Assembly (NCBI RefSeq): GCF_030684315.1
Contig: NC_081396.1
Span: 2,294,001 to 2,358,000 of the forward strand
Reading direction: 5' to 3'
DNA from: Stegostoma tigrinum
Lineage: Eukaryota
DNA: 64,000 bases
Both the position numbers and the translations under genes were made by a program. The notes under the pieces were generated by a model that saw nothing but the letters and a program-made list of their open reading frames with translations, was not told the DNA's origin and did not search any database. This document shows, piece by piece, positions 50,466 to 62,000 of the stretch (the first letter of the stretch is position 1; the number at the start of each line of letters is the position of its first letter).

Positions 50466-51236
50466 GGTTGACAAAGGAGCACGAGTAAGCTATTTGGCCC
50501 ATCGAGCCTGCTCTGCCTTTCAATAAGATCATGGCTTATCTGATTGTGCCTTAATTTTATTTTCCTACAGAAACCAGCTTCTCTTCCATCATTGTGTCTG
50601 TGCCTGGTTGTCTGTGGAGAAAAAGTATGCAGTGTCCAGCACGCAGTTGAAAACCTTCCACAACCAGTGGACACCTCAAGGTACAGAATGTTTCATGGGC
50701 GCTGGGGAACTAGCCGCTTTTAGTTTGGAATGTTCCCATGATTTTCTCAAACTATGTTGCTGATTTGCAGTTTTATTAGTTTGATTAGATTACACATGAG
50801 CAAGCGAGCAAAGAAGTAGCCCCTCCAGGTAATTTTCCAGAGGCTATAACCTTTCACACTGAATGCATATAAAAAGGCTGTGGATTACTCTTAGCTGCAA
50901 GTGTTCCCTTCCCAGAGTGTTATGTCTTCCCATTGAGGTCAGATTCTTGCGGATATCTAGTCGGGGTGTCAAAATTTCTTCTCCGATGGACACAGTGAAC
51001 CAGTTGTGTTTTCATTTTAATGCCGACCCCACAAACAGCCAGATTCATTCAGCTCAGTTTCACAGCATGCTCTCAAATTTTCTGTTGCTTCTCTTACTCC
51101 ATTTTCTATTTCAAATCAACTTCAGAGGAGATTAGAAGCAGGTGGCTTGCTGTCAAAAATCTCAAACTAAACATCACATCAGGATCTGATGAAGTCACCC
51201 AATTTTTTGTAACTCGATAATTACTGGATTTTGAAC

Positions 51237-51838
51237 ATGGAAGGAGACAGCACCATCCACAGTGGAGAGGAACCACTCACATGTTCTTTGTGTGGACGAG
51301 GCGTCAGCCAATCATCTGGCCTGTCCAGACACAAATATATTCACAACAGAGAGAAATTGTGGTGACTGTGGGAAATGATTCAATTACCCATCTGACCTCA
51401 AAAGGCATCAGCGCAGACACACCGGGGAGAAGCCATTCACCTGCCTCAAGTGTGGGAAAGGATGCACTCAGTTATCAAACCTTCTGACACACCAACGCGT
51501 TCACACTGACAAGAGACCTTTTAAATGTGCAGAATGTGCCTTAAAAGCTCGCAGGAACTGATGTACCATGAACGTGTTCACACTGGTGAGAAACTGCCCA
51601 GGTGCTCTCGCTGCAGGACTGGGTTCAAACATCATCTGAACTTACTGTACACCTGAGGACTCACACTGGGGAAAGACCGTTCATCTGCACCGAGTGTGGA
51701 AGGGGATTCACTCAGTCATCCACTCTGCTGACACACCAGCAAGTTCACTCAGGGGAGAGGCCATTCACCTGCTCAGAGTGTGGGAAGGGATTCACTCAGT
51801 CATCCTACCTCCTGGCACACCAGCGAATTCACAAGTAG
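51237..51838 (+). pseudogene. C2H2 zinc-finger gene, frameshifted (3' fingers intact)
   Basis: MEGDSTIHSGEEPLTCSLCGRG start; frameshifts in the middle; terminal fingers [19 protein letters not shown] and [24 protein letters not shown]. Confidence 0.85.
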
Positions 51839-52179
51839 CCACTGTGATTGGATTTTGCTGTTTGCCAAATCTTGTACTGAATTATGTTCATTCTGGCCTG
51901 TTTCTGCTGATGTTAGTAAGATCCAGCCGAGCTGAAGTGTCAACATTCTGCGAAACGTCAAACAACTCCGTTTTGTGTGCAATATGTTGCTATAGTTTTT
52001 ATCTTGCCCACTAAAAATTGCTGGAGAAATACAACAGATCTGGCAGCATCCGTAATGAGAGAAACAGCTTTAATATTTTAATTTTCATGACCTTTTTTAA
52101 GAATTAGATTAGTTAGCTCTTTATTCAAATGTGAGGGGAAAATATCAGGTTTATCAGTCAAATTGGCAAATGCACCAAA

Positions 52180-52182
<3 letters not shown>

Positions 52183-52212
<30 letters not shown>
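52183..52212. repeat. (CT)n microsatellite
   Basis: About 15 CT units. Confidence 0.95.
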
Positions 52213-52216
<4 letters not shown>

Positions 52217-53531
52217 TCCCCCCTCTCACTCATTTGGTTGGCACATGATGTAGTAAAGGGGTGATGCTAACAGTGCGCCAGGCCCAGCCCAGCTACTAGG
52301 TGAGAGCCTAGTCCTGGGCACGGGCTCGAGGTGAGTGTTTGAATGACAAACGCTGTCACTCCACCTGTCTGAGAAACTCATCAGTGAGAATTGACAGTTA
52401 ACCTGGAGTGACAGCAGTGTGCGTAGCTCAACTAGATGTGAATGGGAAGAAGGGAGACATGGGGTTCGAGAGCCCAAGGCCCTATAATTTATAAATATCT
52501 TCCGGCTCTTCTTACTTAGTGTATTGCATTTTACTTTTATCCCAGTGCTCCAACCCACCCGTCACCTCCATTTCTCACTAACACTTTGGCAGAAATTGCA
52601 GTTCAAAAATGAAAGATGCACATAGTGATTTAAGTCAACTACCAGCTCAAAAAATTCATGGCAGCTCAAGATTTGGGCAGAAGAGCTCTTGAATGAAAGA
52701 GAGATGGGGGACAAACGGAGCCAAAGAGATAATCTGATCTTTAGAACATTGCGCAGAGAGCCCTTGGAGGAAATTAAGGAATAACAGCAGTTGGCCTGAA
52801 TGCATATTGTGCCTTTAACATAATAACGTGTCCCAAAGGGTTTTATTGAATAAAAATAGGCACTGACTGACATGAGGTATTAAGGAAAGCAATGCTGATT
52901 TTTAAGAGTGCCTTGAAGGAAGATGGGGTTGGAGGGAGGTAGAGGTGGGTGATGGTGTTGAGGGAAGTGGGGTTTCGGAAGGGAGACCTTTCAGCATGTT
53001 CAAATTTACAGGAGGCTTCAGGCTTTAAGGCCAGTTATTATGTTTGGAAATGTTTAAAGCAAGGATGAGGGTAAGAACTCAAGACATTGAGGTGGGCGTC
53101 AGTTCTCAACCTTAACCTTGCATAAAGTACATGAGTATAGATCCTGATTCAGTGGAGAATCTGGAGTTTGGTTCAGGCTTACATGATATATTACCCTGTG
53201 CTGAGAAATTCATTAATACAATAGGTAATAAAGGTGTTAATGAAGATATTCATCCATGGAGGGTCAAAGGGAGACAGCCTTGTTTGGAAGAGAGCTGGTT
53301 CCCAATGACATGAATGTGGCTGCAATGGGTGGAGTCAGACACTTTCTAGTTTAATAATACCCTTTCTATCGTAGGACAACCAGAACTGCATGCAGTAATG
53401 CAAATGTGGCCTCAGCAATGTCATGTACAGCTGCAATGACATGTCCCAATTCCTACACACAATGCTCTGACCGATGAAAAAAGCTAGCATGCCAAAAGCT
53501 TTTAGGAATCATGCAAGCATTTGGGTCACCA

Positions 53532-53605
53532 GGCTGTGTGGTGCAATTGGTCAGAGTGTTTAGCTGTTAACCAAAAGATTGGTGGTTTGAAACCACCTGG
53601 AGTGG
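53532..53605 (+). pseudogene. tRNA-Asn(GTT) pseudogene
   Basis: TGTGGTGCAATTGGTCAGAGTGTTTAGCTGTTAACCAAAAGATTGGTGGTTTGAAACCACC is a CpG-decayed vertebrate tRNA-Asn; acceptor stem broken. Confidence 0.85.
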
Positions 53606-53643
53606 AGATGTCACTGTTTTCACTCCATTGTAGGAAGGCGTCC

Positions 53644-53775
53644 GTGTTGGACTGGGGTGGATAAATTGGTTGACTTCACCCAAAGAGGGTTCAGCACTCC
53701 GAAAGCTTGTGATTTCAAATAAACCTATTGGACTATAACCTGGTGTCGTGTGACTTCAGACTTTGTTCACTCCAT
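53644..53775 (+). mobile_element. Further hammerhead-type repeat fragment with short inverted ends
   Basis: CACTCCGAAAGCTTGTGATTTCAAATAAACC..; GGACTGGGGTGGATAAA versus TTTGTTCACTCC; 5' core box lost. Confidence 0.5.
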
Positions 53776-54434
53776 CAGCTTTATTTGCTGCACAGTTATG
53801 GGTTCTTAATCGGACCAGGAAAATGTTCCCCAAACAGTAATCGTTATCCAGTGTGTGACCACAAAGGTGTTTCCATATTGTTTAAATGACTACCTTAAAG
53901 AACTGTGGATCCTGAAAACCTGAAACAAAAATAGAAATTTCTGCAGAAACTCAGCAGGTCTGGCAGCATCTGTAGAGAGAGAGAACACAGAGTTTTGATC
54001 AAGGCACGAACCATCAACTCTGTTACTCTCTCCACAGATGTGGCAAGACCCATTGAATTTCTCCAGCAATTTATGGTTATTTTTTAAATGACTGATCATG
54101 TCAAATATCGGAATGAAACAACCAGACCCCATGGACCAACATTTTAATCCATTAGAAATCTATGAAGTGATTGGATTCAAAAAAATCATCAATAATTCAC
54201 TCTTAAATAAAAACCTGAAAGAACTATAGATGCTGTAAATCAGAAACAAAAATTCAAACTGGCTGGAAAACTTCAGCAGCTTTGACAGCATCTTCTGGAA
54301 ATAATCAGAGTTAAGGTTTTGGGTGGAGTGACCCATCCTCAGAACTGGATTCAATCATTCTTCACTCCACATGGAAAAAACCCAAGGAAAGCAGGCCAGT
54401 GGCATGCTTTTTTTGGCATGCTTTCCTACTTGGG

Positions 54435-54505
54435 AGTGTGGTTAGGGCGGTAGATTTGAAATCCATTGACGTTTCCCTGCGGAGGTTCAAATCCTGCACA
54501 CTATG
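54435..54505 (+). pseudogene. tRNA-Ser(TGA) pseudogene
   Basis: GTGGTTAGGGCGGTAGATTTGAAATCCATTGACGTTTCCCTGCGGAGGTTCAAATCCTGCACACTATG matches tRNA-Ser with long variable arm; 5' end eroded. Confidence 0.8.
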
Positions 54506-55079
54506 ACAAGGGAGCTCCTTCTTTCTCACAGATAGTAACTCTGTTGCAGACAGTTCAGAGGCAATACAAAGAAAAATGCTTTTACCCACAATCAGAAGAT
54601 GGTAGGAATCTGAAGCTTGCTGCCTGTCAGTGTGGTAGAAACCCTTATTACAATTAAGACATGCTCTTACAATTCCAACTTCTATAAGGCTATGGACCAA
54701 GACCAGGAAAATGGGATTAGAATAAGTCAAGAATAAAAACCAAAAGAACTGCTGATGCTGTAAATCAGGAACAAAAACAAAGTTGCTGGAAAAGCTCAGC
54801 AGGTCTGGCAGCATCTGTGGAGGAGAAAATAGATTTAACGTTTCAGGCCCGGTGACCCTTCCTCAGAGTTCTGAGGAAATAAACTCCAGGATCAATGAAT
54901 TCTTGCAGTTCACAAAGTAACAAGAAACAACATTTCCTGACGTGGGCCAAACCTAGGTGACAGGAGTGGGTGCAATGAATAGTGCTAGGTTTTAGTTCAA
55001 ACACAATAACTGCTTCAAGTGTGTCAGACATAGACATGTAGTGAACAGTGAGGGGGAATAGTGCCACAGGCTGTGGATG

Positions 55080-55900
55080 GACACCTTCCAATTTTTAACA
55101 CCTGCCAACATCATAAGAGGAAATAAATAGCAACAGAAGTAGCCATTTGTCCCCAAGAGCCTGCTCTGCTGTTCAATAGGATCTTCACTGATCTGAAATT
55201 CCTCACATCCACTTTCCTGTTCTTTCCCCAAGACCTTTGATTCCCTTACTGACCAAGAATTTAACTGTCACAGGCTTAAATATACACAAGGACTCTGCCC
55301 CCATAACTGTCTGTGGTAAGAAGTTGCAAAGACTCACAACCCTCTCAGAAAGGAAATCCGTCCTTACCTCAGTCTTAAATTGGCCCCTTTGTTCTGCGAC
55401 AATGCCATCCCTCAACTTTCCCATGAAGGGAAATATCCTATCAGTATTTTGCCTTAAGAATGCTGCATATTTTAATGAGCCCACCCATTCTGCTGAACTC
55501 CAGTGAGCAAAGTCTCAATCTGGGTAGCCTTTACTCATAAGATTGCCGGATGCCAAAAATCATCCTAGTGCTTCTCTGAACCGTCTAAAATGATATTGCT
55601 TCCGTAATAAGGGGACCAAAGTGTTCACTGTACTCCAGATGTAATCTCACCGGCACCTTGTATAGTTGCAGTAACACTCCCCTACTCTAAAACTCCAACC
55701 CCCTGTCTCTGTTTGATTAAATTACAATGTTTCAAATTGGTGATAATTACTTCCTTAATTGATTCCAATACATTTCCAACTGTAGATGCTAGGATAATCA
55801 CCCTGTATTAACAAGCTTTTTGCCTCTCTCCCCTTTTGAATATGAGAGTCATGTTGGCCGTTTTCCAATCTTCTAGTAGTTTTTCAAGGATCGTGGCTTT
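55080..55900 (-). mobile_element. CR1 3' fragment
   Basis: GQFKTEVRTDFLSERVVSLCNFLPQ..AESLCIFK..FLVSKGIKG. Confidence 0.8.
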
Positions 55901-56034
55901 TGGGAAAATAATTCCAGCCAAACTGGAGGTGTCGTATTGGTGATTCTGCCTCGTTACACATCACCAGATCTATGGTTGGATCAACAACATAGCATTTGAA
56001 AGGAGTTTAAATAACTGTTTTTAAACAAAGGTGC

Positions 56035-56098
56035 GTACACTGCGGTGATTTGAACCAACTTACAAGGCAGACACTTTAACCAACTAAGCCGTGGCTCC
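56035..56098 (-). pseudogene. tRNA-Thr(TGT) pseudogene, internally deleted
   Basis: Minus strand GGAGCCACGGCTTAGTTGGTTAAAGTGTCTGCCTTGTAAG..GGTTCAAATC. Confidence 0.7.
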
Positions 56099-58129
56099 AC
56101 CAAATGGATGGCTTCCTGCCCATCCAATGTCTGTTTTCCTAACCACACAATCATAGTAACTTCTTGTTTTTCTGTTTCAATATTGCTCAGTGAGAATTTC
56201 GATTACCTTTTGCTTTTGCAAAAAGCAGAGTTCACAGCTGCTCAACATGAAAACACACAGTCAGAGACAATGTCCTTTCACATTGTTTTAAACTAATATT
56301 TTCACCTGCTAAACTCATGGGATAAAGGGAATGCCTTCATCCTCTCAGGGCCCATTAACTGCATTACACACGGAGGGAATCTCACAAGAGGACAAATATG
56401 TTATCTTTTGCCAGTGAAATTGACTGCTTCTCAAAGTGGGGTCTATTGAAGTGAGGAAGTGATGATGATTTTTTTTGCTGATTGTTCACCTTATGAACGA
56501 TCCCTTTCCTGTTCATGTCCATGTTTACACCACAACTCTACAGCATGCATGCATTAGACATGGACAGGGCCATTGGCGCAATGAAGATTGTAGGTTTGAC
56601 CCCTATCTGGCTCCAGCAAAATGCATAAATTCCATACATTTCGTAGCTAGTGTTTCGCATAGTCCTAATACCTCAGTGAGGTTTGATTTATTATTGTCAC
56701 ATGTTCTGAAATACAATGTAAAGTATATTTTTGCATGCTACACTGGCAAATCAAACCACACAAAGTGCATTAGGGTAAGATTTCTTCCAAGTCTCAGATC
56801 AGCAAATGTCACCATGAACATCAGAGTAAATGCCCCAGCCACTTAAAGAAGGGGAATGTGCCTTTACTATTCAGTGAATTTCCAATGATAAAGAAAACAC
56901 ATTTGTCCTCAGGTGACTACCTCCAACAATGGTGCATGGTTGTGAATTTGGAAATTGGAAGCCAACGCTACAATCACCAACACATGGAGCAAGCGCGCAC
57001 ACACCTAAGACAGAACTTTGAGCAGGAATTGGGCAGCAGAGTTTTGGGGCATCTCACATTACTGGGTAGTGCTGGGATGAATGTGAGAGACTGGCCAGGA
57101 ATACATTGGAATCATCAAGTGTAAAGATAATATTGGCATAAATAAGGGCTTCAGCAGCGAATGATCTGTGCTGGGGTGGAGATGGCTGACATTATGGAGA
57201 TCGAAATATCTGGTATCAGTGACAGTATGGTTTTGTGGTCAGAAATTCAGCTTGAGGTTAAATCTGTCACTGAGATTATGAACAGTCTGGTTCAGTCTAA
57301 CTATCAGGAAAGAGGGTTGGACTTGGGAGTTCGGGAATGGAATGTGCAATGGGAACTGAATACGATGGATTGGTCTTCCAAATATTTATTTGTAGGCCAT
57401 TTCTGTGCGTCCAGTTTTTGGTCTGGGATAATTTAATAACGCTGGAGGATTGGAGAGATAAAGCTGATAGTTGTTAGTGTACATGTGAAAACCAACACAG
57501 TGCTTCTGAGCAGTGTCATCCAGGGACAGTGTCTAGACGAGAAATAGGAGAGACCAAGGATAACACTTTGGGAAACACCATGTACAAGTCTTTGCAAACA
57601 ATGTGGAGTCAAGTCAGTTTCGTTTCAAGGATTGTTTCAAGAACTATGAAGGTTTGAAGGACAGTACCAGGAGAGTGAACAGTTAACAATATCAATGTGT
57701 ATGTTTAGTAACAACAGGGTTCATGGAACAAAGGTAGGTCTCATAGACAGGAAGAGCTTTGTCTTTTGAGAGACTGGAGAAAGCTGTGGGGTCAAGCAAG
57801 GAGGAGCTTGACAGGCAATTTGACCCAATAAGCTAGTGTAAGGGAGGGGAGCTGCAGCGGCAACTGATCAGATTTTCTAATCTTCGTGATGACAAAACTG
57901 TCTCAACTCCTCATACTTGTTGAAGGATAGAAGGGAGAGGGAGACCCTTCAAAAGGGACTCGCTTGTATTAGAGATATCAAAAAGAATCAACTCACTGCT
58001 TTTAACACAAGGCCTATTAATGTGAATTCTATTCAGAATATTTACATGTAAAACTGTTCTGGAATTTATTGACATCAGTAGAAAAAGTGCCAAATCAGAA
58101 ATGGATGGCTCCAGCATTTGATTAACAGC

Positions 58130-58370
58130 AAATCTGACTGCTGTAGTCACCAATGAACACGCTGGTGCCTCAGAAGGTGTTATGCCTGAGTGTATCTTCC
58201 CACACTCAGAGCAATTGAGCAGCCTCCCCACCGTGTGAGCTCATTGGTGTTTATAGTGAGGGCAGATGATTGCCTGAAGCCAGTCCTGCAGTGAGAGAGC
58301 CGGATTGGTTTCAGCTGTGCATGTGAATACATTGTTGGGAAATCAGATCACTGAGATCTCTAGAGCGCTT
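58130..58370 (-). pseudogene. Zinc-finger 3' relic
   Basis: GRLLNCSECGKI followed by the shared 3' module. Confidence 0.6.
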
Positions 58371-58668
58371 CTCCCAGCCTGGGCAGAGGCAGCTGATCAG
58401 ATTGTCTTCATCCTAATGACAATGAAGTTCCTCACACTTCTTGTTAAAGGTGAGGATGGAGGGGAGGGGGGGCAGAATACAAAAGGGAATCCCTTGTGTT
58501 AGAGACAATAAGATGATGACAAGCACTGTGTTTTACACAAAGCTGCTCTATTTGGCGTTTATCTACATTAGTATGGGACCAGTAGGTGGTTGCTAACATC
58601 AGCAAAAACAGATGGCAATGAACATGGTTCACTCCTAGGTGTGATGAACACTAAAATCCAATGACTAG

Positions 58669-59110
58669 TTAGTTGTGAACTCTCTGGTGACTCCGCAGAT
58701 GTGATACATTTGTGAAGCCATTCTCATAACTGGGACAGGTGAATGGCTTCTTCCCAACATGAATGTACTGGTGCTTCAGCAGGTGGGCTGATTGACTGAA
58801 CCTCTTCACCCAGTCAGAGCAGGAAAATGGCTTCTCCCCAGTGTGAACACGCTGCTGTATCAACAGGTGGGATGACTGAGAGAAGCCCTTCCCACAGTCA
58901 GAGCAGGTGAATGACTTCTGCCTAGTGTTAACACAATGATGTACAGTGAGGTAAGATGATCATTTAAACATAGCCCCACAGTCAGAGCGCCTAAACAGTC
59001 TGGCATCAGTGTGAACACGATGCAGCATCAGCTCTCAAGAACTTTTACAGCACTTTAGACAAACTGGGCTTCTCCTCAATGTGTCACGAGGTTTGATGAA
59101 TTGATAAATC
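58669..59110 (-). pseudogene. C2H2 zinc-finger pseudogene truncated by a CR1 insertion (~59110-59350, +)
   Basis: [45 protein letters not shown]; several zinc ligands lost. Confidence 0.8.
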
Positions 59111-60174
59111 TTTTCACAGGGGGACAAGTTTAAAAGAGATGTGCAAGGCAGGTTTTTCACACAAAGGTTTGTGACTACCGGGAGCATACTGCCAGGGGAT
59201 GTGGTGGAAGCAAACACAATAGTAGTATTCAAAAAGTGCCTGAATGAATACACGAATAAGAAGGGAATAGAGGGAAATGGCTCCTGTAAGTGAAGGACAG
59301 TTTTAGAATGGAAGGGAAAAATGTGTCGGCACAGGCATGGAGGGCCTTTGTTGTAGAGCCTGGAGGAAATGAAAGGAAGAGGTTTTCTAAGCAGTTCTCC
59401 CCTTCCCAATCCTACAGCTAGAGGGCAGCACAACCACAGCATGGCCCCACTGTGTAGAGCAGGGACAGGGCAGGCCTGCTGTCCGGAGCAGGCAAAGTAC
59501 TGCTACTGCCAGAGGTCAGGCTCGATTTGTCTTTTTTTGAGGCAACAACTACCAGAGAGAAGGGGAGGGCAGATCCCTGAGTGGCTTCTTGCTTTGGCAT
59601 GAGCTGGCAGCTGGTTGCCCTAGTGAGGCTGGGGGCGGGGAGGGGTCAGGCTCCCCTTTCCACATGCCTGGCCAATGAGTTTCCCAATTCTTATTGGCTG
59701 CTTCAGGTAAGCCCCGTTCCCCCATTGTGAATGTCACAATGAAAAAGTCATCTATTTTGCTTCAGAGTGAAACTCCCTCCTCTGTGCAACATCTGGGAGC
59801 AAAGCAATGTCTCTCCCTTTTCATTTGTCATCCTGGGAGGCGGGGAGGGAGGAGAAGAAATGCTGTTCATGTGGAGCAACTGAAAGGATTGAAAGTAAAT
59901 CCAGGGAAGGAAAATACTCTAGAAATGTTGGAACAAGAACAGAAGTTGCTGGAAAAGCTCAGCAGGTCTGGCAGCATCCATGAAGTAAAATCAGTTTTTT
60001 TTTCTCCAGTTGGATATCTGTGTCTAATGGGTGCCCATAGTGGTCAGTGTTGAGCCCTTTTTTTTTCAAAATCGGTTATAATAAATACTTTCTACTTGAA
60101 TGTAGAATGGTTGATCAGTTAGTTTGAAAATGACATAAAATTCAACCTAGATCAGTGAGAAGCAACATATTTGT

Positions 60175-60245
60175 ACAGGATAACTGGTCATTGCATTTGG
60201 CTGTTAACCAAAAGATTAGCAGTTGATAGACCAGCCAGGGAAGGA
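60175..60245 (+). pseudogene. tRNA-Asn relic
   Basis: CTGGTCATTGCATTTGGCTGTTAACCAAAAGATT..CCAGGGA. Confidence 0.5.
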
Positions 60246-60386
60246 AGTCTACTTCTTTTTCCCATCAGCATACTCTGTGACATTAGTCCTGGATTGTCAG
60301 TGGGGATTTTGGCTGTAAAACAATTTCACCTAAAAGTTGCTAACTACAGTTATACCCTAAGTTCCCAAACAGACAGCTTCTAAATT

Positions 60387-60604
60387 CAGATAATAAAGTG
60401 TGAAGCTGAATGAACACAGCAGGCCAAGCAGCATCTCAGGAGCACAAAAGCTGACGTTTCGGGCCTAGGCCCTTCATCAGAGAGCAAGGGTCTAGGCCCG
60501 AAACGTCAGCTTTTGTGCTCCTGAGATGCTGCTTGGCCTGCTGTGTTCATCCAGCTTCACACTTTATTATCTTGGATTCTCCAGCATCTGCAGTTCCCAT
60601 TATC
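60387..60604. mobile_element. Young hairpin PLE-derived mini-element with hammerhead core and 14-bp TSD
   Basis: ACAGCTTCTAAATT at 60373-60386 and 60605-60618; near-perfect inverted arms ~60388-60473 / ~60487-60572; minus strand CTGATGAAGGGCCTAGGCCCGAAACGTC at 60480-60453. Confidence 0.92.
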
Positions 60605-60619
60605 ACAGCTTCTAAATTA

Positions 60620-62000
60620 ATTCTGTTCCTCAGAACTAATTTCAATTGATTCCCCACCACAATGGTGAGACTGACTAGCTTGCAGTTTCTTGATTTATCC
60701 CTTGCTCCCTTCTTGAATAAAAGTTCTACTTCAAGCATCCTTCAATCTCTAGCACCTTTCCTGTGGTCAGACAGGAATTGAAAATGTTTGCAAGTTTCCC
60801 CCGATATTGTTACATCCCAACACTGCAGGATACATTTCACCTGACTCTGGAGGTCTGTTCACATTTAAGCCAGCCAGATGATCCAAAACCTTCTCTCTCT
60901 CTCTGTATGATAATTTTTTTAAGGACCACAGCAGTAGTCTATGTGGAATCAGTGGATGCAGGCCTGGTTCTAAATGAATATTTTGAGTCAGTGTTCAGTG
61001 GTGAGAGAGACAAATTAGGGAGAAGTATCTGAATGAATTTGATAAACCTTACTCTTTCCCCTGTTATCCTTTAACCAACTGAACATTTTCCCCTATTTTA
61101 CCCGGCCGTATCATTTCATGTCGCCCTTACAGCTCTCCTTATCTCCTCATTTAATTTCCCTCTTGCACATTTACCATGAAATATCTGTTCCCTGCACCCT
61201 CAGCCCGAACCATATCTGGTCTTATTAAAATCAACCAATTTAGAACTTTGATTTTGAGGCTCATCCTTGTCCTTTTCCGTAACAATCCTGAATCTGGTTA
61301 AGAGTCATGATAACTGTCTGCAAAATCCTCCCCCAACAGATACTTCAACCACTTGTCTGCCTTAATTATCTAAGGTTAAGTCCAAGACTTCCCATTTCCT
61401 TGTTAGATTAATGCAAACTGGTTTCAAAAGCTGTCCTGGATCTATTTTAAACATTCCTCTAAACCTTTCACACTTTAACAACCAGTTAATGCTGAAGAAA
61501 TTTAAATCCCAATTAGCACAACCCTATTACTTTTACACTTCCCTGAACTTTGCCTCCTCACCAGCTCTACTTATTCTACCCATTCCAGTTTGTTGAAGGA
61601 GTTCTCCAAGATGTCATCTCTCCGTACTGCTGTAATAAATTTCCAAAACATTGAGACATCTCTCTTTTTTGCTACCTTCACCATATCGCATAGAGACCAT
61701 GTATCCTGGAATATATAGCTTCCAATCCTGCCTCTCTCTCAACCATGTCTCAGTGACAGCAATGTCATCAACCCCCATGTTCTAATTTGTATCCTCAACT
61801 CATCTGCCTTGTTTATCAAACTCACAGCATTAGATCAATGCCATTCAACCATGTTAAACTCCCTTGCACTTGAACTGGCCTCTAATGTTGATGTCTTCCT
61901 GACTCACTTGTTGATTCTTCTCTTTTCATCTTACTCTTCTGCACATTTTCTCTGGATTCCATCCCCTTGCCAACAGGATGGGATCCAGAGCATCCTGTTG
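60620..62000 (-). mobile_element. Old CR1 relics
   Basis: LFKKGARDKSRNCKLVSLTIVVG on -; endonuclease-like patches on -. Confidence 0.7.

Noticed and set aside
10440-60604. Classifying the hairpin elements as DNA-transposon MITEs or pre-miRNAs
   Set aside because: The arms match PLE terminal repeats in this window, are asymmetric, and have long TSDs of differing length
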